Assembly: GCA_002189035.1 (NCBI GenBank)
Contig: NEEC01000016.1
Span: 930,001-994,000 of the forward strand
DNA: 64,000 bases
Direction: 5' to 3'
From: Utricularia gibba
Lineage: Eukaryota > Plantae > Magnoliophyta
Made by a program: the position numbers and the translations under genes. The notes beneath the pieces were generated by a model that worked only from the letters and a program-made list of their open reading frames with translations, did no database searches and was not told where the DNA came from. Below, piece after piece: positions 12,172 through 23,972 of the stretch; the stretch's first letter is position 1, and the number at the start of each line of letters is the position of its first letter.

Positions 12172-14644
12172 AGCTCATTCTGCCATCCGGTTCCATGAAG
12201 ACGACCCTCTCCTCTGCCTTGCTTTCTTTGAACCGCACTTACAATCCTCCCGGTTCAACCGGAGACCGGTCGCCTCCTGATTTTTAAACCAATAAAAAAT
12301 TATTGAATATTCGAGGGCTATTTCAAATTTTTAAATGAATAGAATTTTAATAAAAATAACAAGACATGAGCGCAAATGATTTTTACCTATTCATTTTTTA
12401 TTTATTATAAATTTATTCCTGATTTTTATATTGTAATATTATTTATTAAAATAATAAAATTATTCAAAAAATGTTCATCTCTTGTCTGGCCTTGAGCCCT
12501 CTTTAAAAAAAATTCAGATATTTTTAGTCAAAATTTAAAATATTGAAATTTGAATAGAATAAGGTAGCTACTCTGATAAAGTAGGTGAGAACTAAATAAC
12601 CTTTAGGTATTTTAATTTTGCCCATTTTAAAATATTCGCTTTCAAAATTCATTCATTGGTCGCATTTGCCTCTCCCCCAAACAAGCTATGCGCCCCGCAC
12701 GTGCCTCTTGTCGCGGTCTAGGGTTTTGAAATTCCCAATGGAGGGAGGCGCCCGAGATTAGTGCCGCGTCTCGGCAAAGCACACTTCAAATCAATTTTTA
12801 GGGTAGAAAGAATTTGAATTTGAATTTCATTTTCGTAGCTGATGCTTTGGAAAAAAACAACAAAAATAACATTAGTACTTGGAGAGAATTTAGGGTTTAG
12901 GCTTGAAGGCAAACAACAAAACAATGGATGGGAATAAATAATTCATGGGATGTTAGTACAATGAATGAATGTGCCCCAATTATTACCTACCTTGTAAAAA
13001 ATTCCAACATTATGTAAAAAAAAAAGTTACATTTGTAAAATTTGATATGGAAGAGTATCTGGTTTCATTGTCTGTGGGATTCATTTGTGCTATATTTTAG
13101 GTGCAATTCATCTTCTTTTGTTGTTCTAAAGACAGTTGGAATAATAGTTAGTGTGTTTTTTCTAAAAAAAATAATACGAAGAATTTTGATAATATTTAAG
13201 ATTTTTGTGTTGGTTAGAAAAACATATTACAAAAATAATTTTATTATTATATATGATAAGTTTTATTATAAAAAGAATAAAAATTTAAAAATAACTGTTA
13301 TTTTCACAAAGTTATACCTTCGTTTTCTATTCTATTAGAATCATTTCTGAGAAATGGAGCCCTTTACATTTCTCTACTAAAAGTTATCTTTCAAAATGAT
13401 GGTGTGTGTAGACTGTGTAGCCACATGCGGTAGTATGACAGGTTGGGCTCCACAAAGCTGAGCTACCAAAGCTGAATTCAATGAGGGAGAAGACTCCTAT
13501 ATTTCTCAACGATGCCTGCACATAAAAAAACACTGTGGCACAAAGAATCTTCAGACCCGGTAAAGGAAGAATTTATACCCTGGATCTCCTCTTCTCCGGG
13601 TGATTCCTTGATCGAACTGGTTTCTGAACCTTCCAAGTCTTACCTTATCTCCAAACGGCAAACCCCATAAGAAATCACCTCAGTAGAAGTGGTTCACAAT
13701 GCAGGAAATTATTATGTACAGCCAAGGAGAGTAGTTGAATCGATCATAAATATTTTTCAATGCCCCGGTAGCTTAGAGAGGGAGAGGGTTCCTGCAGATG
13801 CTGCCCCCACAGCATTTACAGGCACCCACATGCTGTGGCTTGTTCGCGATGGGGTTTTAGCACAAGCTGAAACGCGTCCATCGCTCTCTGGATGCACTGG
13901 TTCTGGAAGTGGTGGAGGTCGCGATCGTGCATGGGGTTTCTTGGTGGAATGGAGACACGCAGGGAGTCATGTTCTGGTTGATAGTATGAAATGTGAAGTA
14001 TAAATACACAATAAATATGTATTATATTTAAATAAAATTATACTTAATTGGTTATTAGTATTTTCAATTTTTTATATATCTGATTATTTCAATTTTAATT
14101 ATTAATGCGAGATTGTTTATTTTAATAATCATTCTTAAATCGAACTGTTCTTTGATTTGATTAAAACTTATTTTTTTATTATATGTAGTGAATCATCATA
14201 GGTTGATCTAATTTTGTTATCGCTTAAACCTAATGTATTTATTATTTTTTTAATCAAAAATTAGATTAATACGAAATTTATCTGTCATCTAAACTGTAAT
14301 TTAAGTGAAATACTATGATATCATGTTAAAATTAAAGATACTATAGGTCTAATGAATACAAGTAAAACTTAAATACATAAAAAAAATATAAATTATATTT
14401 TAAAAAAATAGATACAATCAATAACAAGTGATTTATAATTTTTATATTAATTTCATGTAATATTGTTAGTTAATCACAACTCATTGGGGTATTCCTGCTG
14501 TGGTAACTGTCACTGTAACTCATTCTGCTTGCCACCGGAGCTCATTTATTGAGCCCCGGCATCCAAGAGCTCTACTGTGTATATATTATTACACGGCGTA
14601 ATAACCAGTCATAATTTCACTCACTCGCTCACCCTTCCTTCACG

Positions 14645-16175
14645 ATGTTGTCCTTTCAGTCCATGGTGCTTCTTCCTATTGTCCTTGCTCTTGTCTCCCT
14701 TGCCGGGTCGGCTGAAGGCCGAGCATTCTTCGTCTTCGGCGACTCCCTAGTCGACAACGGCAACAACAACTACCTCGCCACCACCGCTCGTGCGGATTCG
14801 CCACCCTACGGCATTGACTATCCCACGCGCCGCCCCACCGGCCGTTTCTCCAATGGGCTCAACATCCCTGATATCATCAGTATCACTTTCTATCCCTTCT
14901 CGCTTCATTTATTCAATGCATGCTTAAATTTTGTACTCTGCTGCACTTCGTGTTCACTTTTGTATAAAAGGTTTGAACTTGGTAACGACAGACTAACTGG
15001 AAATTGTTTTCTAAACACTGACAGGTGAAAGACTGGGAGCGGAGTCCACTGAACCGTACTTGAGCCCTGCTCTTAGAGGCCAGAAGCTTCTTGTTGGTGC
15101 TAATTTTGCGTCTGCTGGAGTTGGAATCCTGAACGACACCGGCTTCCAGTTTGTCAGTCTCTTACATTCGTGCTGATTTATGATTGTAAGATTTGAGTCT
15201 GGAAGGCTTACTCTTTTTTTGGTTTTTGCAGCTGAACATCATTAGAATTTACCAGCAACTGGAGTATTTCCAGCAATACCAGACGCGTGTAGCTCAACTG
15301 ATAGGCCCCGAGAATGCAAAACGCCTTGTGAACCAGGCACTTGTCCTCATCACCTTGGGAGGCAATGACTTCGTGAACAATTACTATTTGGTTCCTTTCT
15401 CTGCAAGATCAAGACAATTTACTCTCCCTAACTACGTCCCCTACATCATTTCTGAATACCGCAAGATCCTGATCGTAAGTTCAAATTAATCTACATTTTT
15501 TTGTTATAAACAAGGCTTGCTAAATTGGCTTCTTGCTTGAGCAGAAACTGCACGATTTAGGAGCCAGAAGGATCCTCGTTACCGGGACCGGACCCCTGGG
15601 ATGCGTCCCCGCAGAGCTGGCACAGCACAGCCGGAACGGGGAATGTGACCCCGAGCTCATGCGTGCCGCCACCCTCTTCAACCCGCAGTTGCAGGTAATG
15701 CTTACTTTCAAATAGGTAAAAAAAAATGATCTTTCCTGAGCTCCACCACCTCTCCAGGCAATGGTAAGTAGTCTCAACTCCAATCTCGGATCCGAAGTCT
15801 TCATTACTGTCAACAGTAGGAAGATGCACATGGACTTCGTCTACAACCCTCAGGCATTCGGTTCGTCTGCTGATATGATACTTGAACTTCTGTCAAATCC
15901 TTTCGTCTCTTAACTTCAGCCCATCACGGTAACCAGGGTTCGTGACATCCAAGATCGCATGCTGCGGCCAAGGGCGGTTCAACGGCATCGGCCTCTGCAC
16001 CCCGATGTCCAACTTGTGCCCCAACAGGAACATCTACGCCTTCTGGGACGCCTTCCACCCCTCCGAAAGAGCCAACAGGATCATCGTCGACCAGATGTTT
16101 AATGGAAACAGCGACTACATGCATCCCTACAATCTCAGCACCATCGTTGAACTGGACGCTGCCGCCGAGGTCTGA
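14645..16175 (+). CDS. GDSL esterase/lipase, LTL1/At5g33370/cutin-synthase-like clade, copy 1 (6 exons)
   Basis: Signal peptide; block [16 protein letters not shown]; block II ANFASAG; block [13 protein letters not shown]; block V WDAFHPSE (Ser-Asp-His triad intact). First four exons start at 14645, 15025, 15232 and 15545; extra intron at 15695-15757. Confidence 0.95.
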
Positions 16176-16384
16176 AACGGGCTTGCCAACCAGCCATCGT
16201 TTCAAGGTGTGGTGTCTGCTTCCTCTTGGGGGTCTGCCTGCTCACAACTGGAAACATGTATTTGAGTTTTGATGTGATTTATCTATCCAGGAATCAATAA
16301 ATGCTATGCAACAATTCACATGCTTTTGTTGGATGGGGAATTACGTTTTCACCCTTTACTTACGGGCCTGCGAGTGTAGTCTGA

Positions 16385-16570
16385 TTCGGATCCGGGTCTT
16401 CGGCAGTTTGGGCTTCCATGGGCCTTTCGTGTGTGAATCTGTCTAAACATGAGTATGGTTACGGGTTAATTGGTGAACCCGACGAGTCGACCCGTAAGAC
16501 TGGATCCTTACCCACATTACACGGGTATGAATCGGGTTGAACCCGACGGATATGGATTGACCCATTGACA
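16385..16570. mobile_element. Degenerate non-autonomous DNA transposon remnant (ACCCG/CGGGT-rich, hAT-like); paralogous copy at ~21718-21901
   Basis: About seven ACCCG/CGGGT motifs in ~190 bp, ending in ACCCATTGACA. Resembles subterminal arrays of small hAT-type elements. No intact TIR pair or TSD found. Confidence 0.45.
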
Positions 16571-16941
16571 TAGATATTACATTATATACATATTATTAAG
16601 AAATTTGAAAAAAGTTTTTTATGTCAACTCGTATGTTGAGTTGACTAGCTTGTTGGAATTAAAAATCCAATATATTAATAAATTCATGTGTAAGCTATAA
16701 ATATATCATAAATATCGATCACATTCAATAAAATTAAACTTAATTAATTATTAATGATCAATATAATTAATGTTTGAATTTCAGAAAAATTTCATATTTC
16801 AAAATCGATTCAAAAAATAAAATTTCAAAAAAAATTGATCGAATTTCGGATATACTTCCTTTTCAAAAAAATTTTAGATATTTTTCATCAAAATTTCAAA
16901 TATTGAAATTTGAAGACTTCTCTGATAAAGTAGGTGAAACC

Positions 16942-17180
16942 TAAACAGTATTCTAAAAAATTTTTAAAATTTTTTTTTTACTTTTCAAAATTATTTTAAA
17001 AAAGTAAAAGTCAACAATTAATTACTTTTTTAAAAATAACTTTTGTAATATAATTTTAAAATTATTTTTTATAAAATTATTTTTTCAATTAAACGTGTTC
17101 TAGAATAAAACTATTTTTATTTATGAAAAGTAGAAATAAGTTTTAAAAATTTTCCACGACACTAATCTGAATAACGTTTA
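16942..17180. mobile_element. AT-rich MITE-like element present only in duplication unit B
   Basis: Absent at the equivalent site in unit A (~12600). Imperfect inverted ends TAAACAGTATTC / GAATAACGTTTA, plus inner inverted match AAAATTTTTAAAATTTTTTTTTTACTTTTCA vs TGAAAAGTAGAAATAAGTTTTAAAAATTTT. Confidence 0.55.
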
Positions 17181-20016
17181 CTATTTTAATTTCACCCATT
17201 TTAAAATACTTGCTTTTAAAAATTCATTCATTGGTCCCATTTGCCTTACCCCCGCAACAAGCTATGCGACCGGCACGTGCCTCTTGTCGCGGTTAGGGTT
17301 TTGAAATTCACAATCGACGAAGGTGCCCGAGATTAGGGATTCTATGGGAGTAGCTTTAACTGGAAGAATTGAAGTTGGATTGAATATCATGAATGGTGGA
17401 ATTAGGGTTTACAGGAATCGCTAATCAATTTGAATTTCATTTTCATAGCCGACGCTTAAAAAAAAAAAACAAAATAACATTAGGCACTTGGACAACAAAA
17501 CAATGGTTGGGAACAAATAATTCATGGGATGTCAGTACAATGAATGAATGTGCCCCAATTATTGCCTACCTTGTACACAATTACAACACTATGTAAAAAA
17601 TGTTACATTTGTGGAATTCATTTAGAAAAATGGTTATTGGACAATGGGCAATTTTTACACTACGACCAATTTTTAGATATGTGGTGATTAATTTTCTTAC
17701 ATATTCAAAAAATAGTAACCAACAAAATACATTTCATTTGTCGAGCCGCAATAAGAAAATTGGCATGGAAGAGTATCTGGTTTCATCGTACATGGAATTC
17801 ATTTATGATGTGTTTTATGTGCAATCCATCTTCTTTTGTTGTTCTTAAGACATAATTAGAATAACAATTATAGTTTGTGTTTTTTTAAAAAATAATATGA
17901 AGAATTTTGATCATATTTAAGATTTGTTTGGTTAGAAAAAAAAACATTATAAAAATAATTTTATTATAGAAAAATAATAATTTAAAAATAGTTATTTTCA
18001 AAAAATATTCTTTCGTCTTCTATTTTATTAGAATCTTTTCTCGAGAAAACTAATTTTAGATAAATGTGAAAGTAAAAGTCGTCTTTCAAAAATTGATGTT
18101 GTGTAGACTGTAGTCACATGCGGTAGTATGACAGGTTGGGTTCCACAAAGCTCAAAGCATTGAGCTACCAAACCTGAATTCAATGAGGGAGAAAACTGCA
18201 TAATGACAAGGAAGGAGAATGTGAATGAAATTGGGTGATTTAGAAAAATGGCCACTGTAATCTTATTGTGTGAGAAAATTAGACATCTTATGTGAAAAAA
18301 AAAATGGTATTACTGTGTGAGAGATAAATGTAATGACCAAATTTCAAAAAAGATCTAAATTAGTGTTATATAAATTTTTTTTGTATGTATTGAAACTTAA
18401 CGTGAATGATTGTAGTATCCATGAGACCTTGAATTTTAACACTATATTTTTCAAAGATGACTGCACATAAAAAAACACTGTGGCAAAAAGAATCTTCAGA
18501 CCCGGTAAAGGAAGAATTTATAGCCTCGATCTCTTCTTCTCCGGGTGATTCCTTGATACAACTGGTTTCTGAACCTTCCAAGTCTTACCTTATCTCCAAA
18601 CGGCAAACCCCATTAGAAATCACCTCAGCAGAAGTGGTTCACATGGTGAATGCACGCAGTTTTGGGTGACAATCCAGGAAATGATTGTGTGCAGCCAAGG
18701 AGAGTAGCTGAATCGATCATAAATATTTTTCAATGTCCTTGTAGCTTAGAGGGGGAGAGGGTTACTGCAGATGCTGCCCCCACAGCATTTACAGTCACCC
18801 ACATGAGGTGGCGGGTTGTTGACGATTGAGTTTTAAAATACATAATTTCATATCATAAAATTAAATTGGAATAAGATATTATATAAAAAACAACATATTA
18901 TAAATAATTAGTTGAGTCTAATCTTTATTATTATAATTCATGTTTTTTTATGTATTTGGGATTCACATATGCACTCATCCGATCCATCACTATTTACGTG
19001 ATCAAGATGAGTTTTGTTTTGGTCTAAGTTTCGGTTAAAAAAAAAACAATAAGATGTATTGAATTTGAACGATAAAAAAATTAGATCGATTTATGAACCA
19101 ATCACTACTTACAATCACAAAAAAAAAACAATTCTTAATTGTATCAAAGATCAATTCAAGTTGAGGTCAATTGTTAGCACAAGGTGAGCCGCGTCCATCT
19201 CTCTCTTGATGCACTGGTTGTGGAAGTGGTTGAGGTCGCGATCGTGCAGGGAGTTTATTGGTGGAATGGAGACCCACAGAGAGTCTTGTTCTGGTTGACA
19301 ACACTAGGCAGCCTTAGATTGGGTTTGTGTTCATGCATCTCGGTGGGAACTTGTATGAAGATTTAAACTTAAATATATAATAAATATTAATTATATTTAA
19401 ATAAAATTAGATTTAATCGAGTATTATTATTTGTAATTTTTAAGTATTTGATTATTTTAATCTCAGGTATTGATATGAAATTATTTATTTTAATATCTGT
19501 CCTTAATTCAAATTGATTTTTTATTTGATTAAGATTTGTTTTTTTGATATAGGTAATGAATAGTAAAGTCAATCTAATTTTGTTATCGTCTAAGCCTAAT
19601 ATATTTTCTTATTTTTTTAATCAAAAATTGGATCAATACAAAATTCATCTTGGTTATACAAAATGTGAATTAAGTAAAACACTCTAATATCATGTTAAAT
19701 TTAAGGATTCGATAGGTAGAAATAATATGATTGAAATTTAAATACATAAAAAAATATAAATTATATTTTAAAAATAAATCTAATCAATTATTAATAATTT
19801 ATAATTTTTTATATAAATTTGATGTAATATTTTCTTATATTTTGTTAATAACAAATGGTTGGGCCATGGCTGCTGTGGTAACTGTCACTGTAACTCATTC
19901 TGCCGGCCACCGCCGGAGCTCATTTATTGAGCCCCGGATCCAAGAGCTCTGATGTGTATATATTATTACACGACGTAATAACCAACATCCTGTCATAATT
20001 TCACTCACCCTTCACG

Positions 20017-21482
20017 ATGTTGTCCTTTCATTCCATGGCGCTTCTGCCTGTTGTCCTTGCTCTTGTCTCCCTTGCCGGGCCGGCTGAAGGCCGAGCATTC
20101 TTCGTCTTCGGCGACTCCCTAGTCGACAACGGCAACAACAACTACCTCGCCACCACCGCCCGTGCGGATTCGCCACCCTACGGCATCGACTATCCCACGC
20201 ACCGCCCCACCGGCCGCTTCTCCAATGGCCTCAACATCCCTGATATCATCAGTATCACTTCCCATCCCTTCTCGCTTCATTTATTCAGTACATTAGCTGT
20301 ATATCAGATTGTTTTCTAACGCTGACAGGTGAAAGACTGGGAGCAGAGTCCACTGAGCCGTACTTGAGCCCTGCTCTTACAGGCCAGAAGCTTCTTGTTG
20401 GTGCCAATTTTGCGTCTGCTGGAGTTGGAATCCTGAACGACACCGGTTTCCAATTTGTCAGTCTCTTACATTCGTGCTGATTTGTCATTGTAAGACTTGA
20501 GTCTGGAAGGCTTACTCCTCTTTTGTTGGTTTTTGCAGGTGAACCTCATTAATATTTACCAGCAACTGGAGTATTTCCAGCAATACCAGACGCGTGTAGC
20601 TGAGCTGATAGGCCCCGAGAATGCAAAACGCCTTGTGAACCAAGCACTTGTCCTCATCACCTTGGGAGGCAATGACTTCGTGAACAATTACTATTTGGTT
20701 CCTTTCTCCGCAAGATCAAGACAATTCGCTCTCCCTGACTACGTCCCTTACATCATATCTGAATACCGCAAGATCCTGATCGTAAGCTCACATTAATCTA
20801 CATTTTTTCTTTTGTTATAAACAAGGCTGACTTGGCTTCTTACTTGAGCAGAAACTGCACGATTTAGGAGCCAGGAGGATCCTCGTTACCGGGACCGGAC
20901 CCCTGGGATGTGTCCCCGCAGAGCTGGCACAGCACAGCGAGAACGGGGAATGTGACCCCGAGCTCATGCAGGCCGCCGCGCTTTTCAACCCGCAGTTGCA
21001 GGTAATGCTTACTTTCAAATAGGTAAAAAAAAATGATCTTTCCTGAGCTCCACCACCTCTCCAGGCAATGGTGAGTAATCTCAACTCCAACCTCGGATCC
21101 GAAGTCTTCATAACTGTCAACAGTAGGCAGATGCACATGGACTTCATCTTCCACCCTCAGGCCTTCGGTTCGTCTGCTGATATGATACTTGAACTTCTGT
21201 CAATCCCTTTCGTCTCTTAACTTGAGCCCATCACGGTAACCAGGGTTTGTGACATCCAAGATCGCATGCTGCGGCCAGGGGCGGTTCAACGGCGTCGGCC
21301 TCTGCACGCCGATGTCCAACTTGTGCCCCAACAGGAACATCTACGTCTTCTGGGACCCCTTCCACCCCTCTGAAAGAGCCAACAGGATCATCGTCGACCA
21401 GATGTTTAATGGGAACACCGACTACATGCATCCCTACAATCTCAGCACCATCATGGAACTGGACGCTGCTTCCGAGGTCTGA
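20017..21482 (+). CDS. GDSL esterase/lipase, LTL1/cutin-synthase-like clade, copy 2 (6 exons)
   Basis: Near-identical to copy 1; GDSL, ANFASAG, GGND and WDPFHPSE motifs intact; extra intron at 21002-21064. Confidence 0.95.
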
Positions 21483-23928
21483 AACAGGCTTGACAACCAG
21501 CCATGGCGCGATGTAGTTTTATGTGCAATACCGTTTTATGGTGTGGTGTGTGCATCCTCTTGGGGTCTGCCTGCTCACAACTGGAAATATGTATTTGAGT
21601 TTTGATGTGATTTATCTATCCAGGAATCAATAAATGCTATGTAAGAATTCACATGCTTTTGTTGGATGGGGAATTACGTTTTCACCCTTTACTTACGGGC
21701 CTGCGAGTGTAGTCTGATTCGGGTCCGGGTCTTTGGTAGTTTGGGCTTCCATGGGCCTTTGAGTGTGAATTGGTCTGAACATGAGCATGGTTACAGGTTA
21801 ATTCCTGAACCCAACGGCTCGACCCGCAAGACTAGACCCTTTCCCATATTACACGGGTACGAATCGGGTTGAACCCAACGGATATGGATTTACCCATTGA
21901 CGTAGACATTACATTATATACATATTATTAAGAAATTTGAAAAAAAGTTTTTATGTCAACTCGAATGTTGAGTTAACCCTTTGCACTCGTTGAAATTAAA
22001 AATCTTATAATCAAATAAATACGTGTATTAATGGGAAATATATAATAAGAATTGATCATATTCAAATTTAATTAATTACTAATGATTTATAATTGAATTT
22101 TCAATTGAGATTCAATTTTGAAAGATAAATGAAAATAAAAAATTTATTTGATAATTGTTTTTTCTTGATAAACGTATTTTTCAATAAATATATGATTTGA
22201 CACAAATAATCTTTACCCTATATTTCAAAATTCTTTTATCATGTGAATTTTATGAATCAAACGAAATATGATTGTTTTTTTTCTTTATTTTCATTAGATA
22301 CATCCATAAATATAATTGTAAAACTCTTTCTTACACTCGAGTTGGCGATCATCCATCATCCTATAGAAGTTGGCCACGTGTCCAGTTGCACGCTCGAGTG
22401 GAGTCCATGTGGGCCCACGTAAGAGGCCTAGTACAGCTATTTGAAGAAGGCGTTGGGCCGTCTTCGTTTCGGCAATAAGGTTAAGGAATTATTGCAGGCG
22501 CGGACTGAAATAATTAGCGCCCCAGGCCTTCCGACAACAACCTCGAAGCCCCTCCTTGAAAATGCCAACTGCCAAATGAGGCTGCTGCTGCCCACAACTA
22601 AGTTGTGTGGCCATTTAAGGCTCCTCCTCCCCTTGACCACACTACCACATTCTTCCATTGCATCACATCATTTATTACAGTCCAAACACAGAGAAAGGAC
22701 AGAGTGGATCTAGATGGTATGTAAGACCTGGTGTACTCATTTTGTGATGTAAAGCTTGTGAAATAGGAATAACATAACCACATGCTCTATCTAATGTTTC
22801 AAGAAGTAATTTGATCACAAGTTTTATGGATTTTTTCAAGAACCTAAGGGTATGTTCTGAATACTTTCTTTATTTTACATCCTCATTTTATTAAGAATGT
22901 GAATGATGTTATTTCTGTATTCTATAAAGTAGTGTATTTTGAAAATTAAGAATTTAAATTGGGTAATAATAAATAATAAAAATGTATGTATTGTTTACAT
23001 TCCCATTTTATAAAATGAGAATCTAATAAAAAAATATACACAGAACATACATTAACTGCTTGATCACAAAATGAGTACCCCTTTTTTAGAATATGAAAAC
23101 ATGCAACTCTCCACTTTTCATAAAATCGTGTAATTTTGGATAAACAGTTACAGCAACTTCTTATATATAATTAGAAAATTATGTTGAATTAAAATTTAGA
23201 TTGAATTAAAATGAATCACCATTTTTTATTTAAATTGTAACTGCTAATATATACACCCTGATAATTTTAAGTAAAACTATTCGAAAAAGTAAAATTTAAG
23301 AGTTATCAATAGATACAATTGCAAAAAATTAATGTTTTTGGAAGGATATATTAGTATGAATAATAACTAGTTCATTATATATTTTAAAAAATTCTGTATT
23401 ATAACTTTTTCCTAAATTTTATAATTATAGTTAGATGTATCTAATATTTTATTTTAAAAAATCTGGTGTATATTAAGTATATAATTGGAATTTGAAAACT
23501 CGATATAACATAAATTACTCAGTCAATAACAAATACTCCATCCCCAATCCCCTCCCTGAGCACGAAAATGAGACCATGAAGCTCATGGAATCCACCACCA
23601 TGGAGGCGGTTAGACCTACCCTCCTGTCCGAACGCACTCACATAAATGGCCACGCAGTTTGATGGTACGGGCAGAAGAACCAGGAGCAGGAGCCCAAAAA
23701 ATTGAAGCAGCCGCAGGCAGCTGCCATTAAAAGCTGGAGTCAAACAGAAGGTATCTACTGGAACTCACTCACCTCAACAACTTTTTTATTTGCATATTTA
23801 CTATTATTTGCATCTGTCCATCTCCCTACAAGATGACCTCAGTCTGCAGCATTTAAACGCCACCATTGCCCTTTTCATATAACGCTGTAACCACAGCATT
23901 TGAGTTCGTATCCTGGGAAACGGCCGCG

Positions 23929-23955
23929 TCTTCTTCTTCTTCTTCTTCTTCTTCT
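23929..23955 (+). repeat. (CTT)n microsatellite in the GDSL3 5' leader
   Basis: About nine tandem TCT/CTT units ending ~18 nt upstream of ATG 23973. Confidence 0.85.
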
Positions 23956-23972
23956 GGTTTTCTGTTGAGAGA

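Larger units (their letters stand above)
12525..16780 (+). repeat. Tandem segmental duplication unit A (upstream region + GDSL1 + downstream region)
   Basis: Colinear blocks shared with 16885-22100, e.g. CTCTGATAAAGTAGGTGA, CAAGCTATGCG..GCACGTGCCTCTTGTCGCGG, AAGAATCTTCAGACCCGGTAAAGGAAGAATTTATA, the GDSL gene and its 3' flank. Boundaries approximate. Confidence 0.9.
16885..22100 (+). repeat. Tandem segmental duplication unit B (longer than A because of several AT-rich insertions)
   Basis: Colinear with 12525-16780; extra sequence includes ~16942-17180, ~18199-18441 and ~18836-19173. Confidence 0.9.

Noticed and set aside
14030-14470. Recurrent AT-rich motif (AAAAATATAGATCACATTAAAAAAATTAAATCTAATCAATTA-like), also at ~19740, 33700, 37380 and 57715
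   Set aside because: Probably a decayed dispersed MITE family, but low complexity prevented defining ends or TSDs, so it is not called as a feature.
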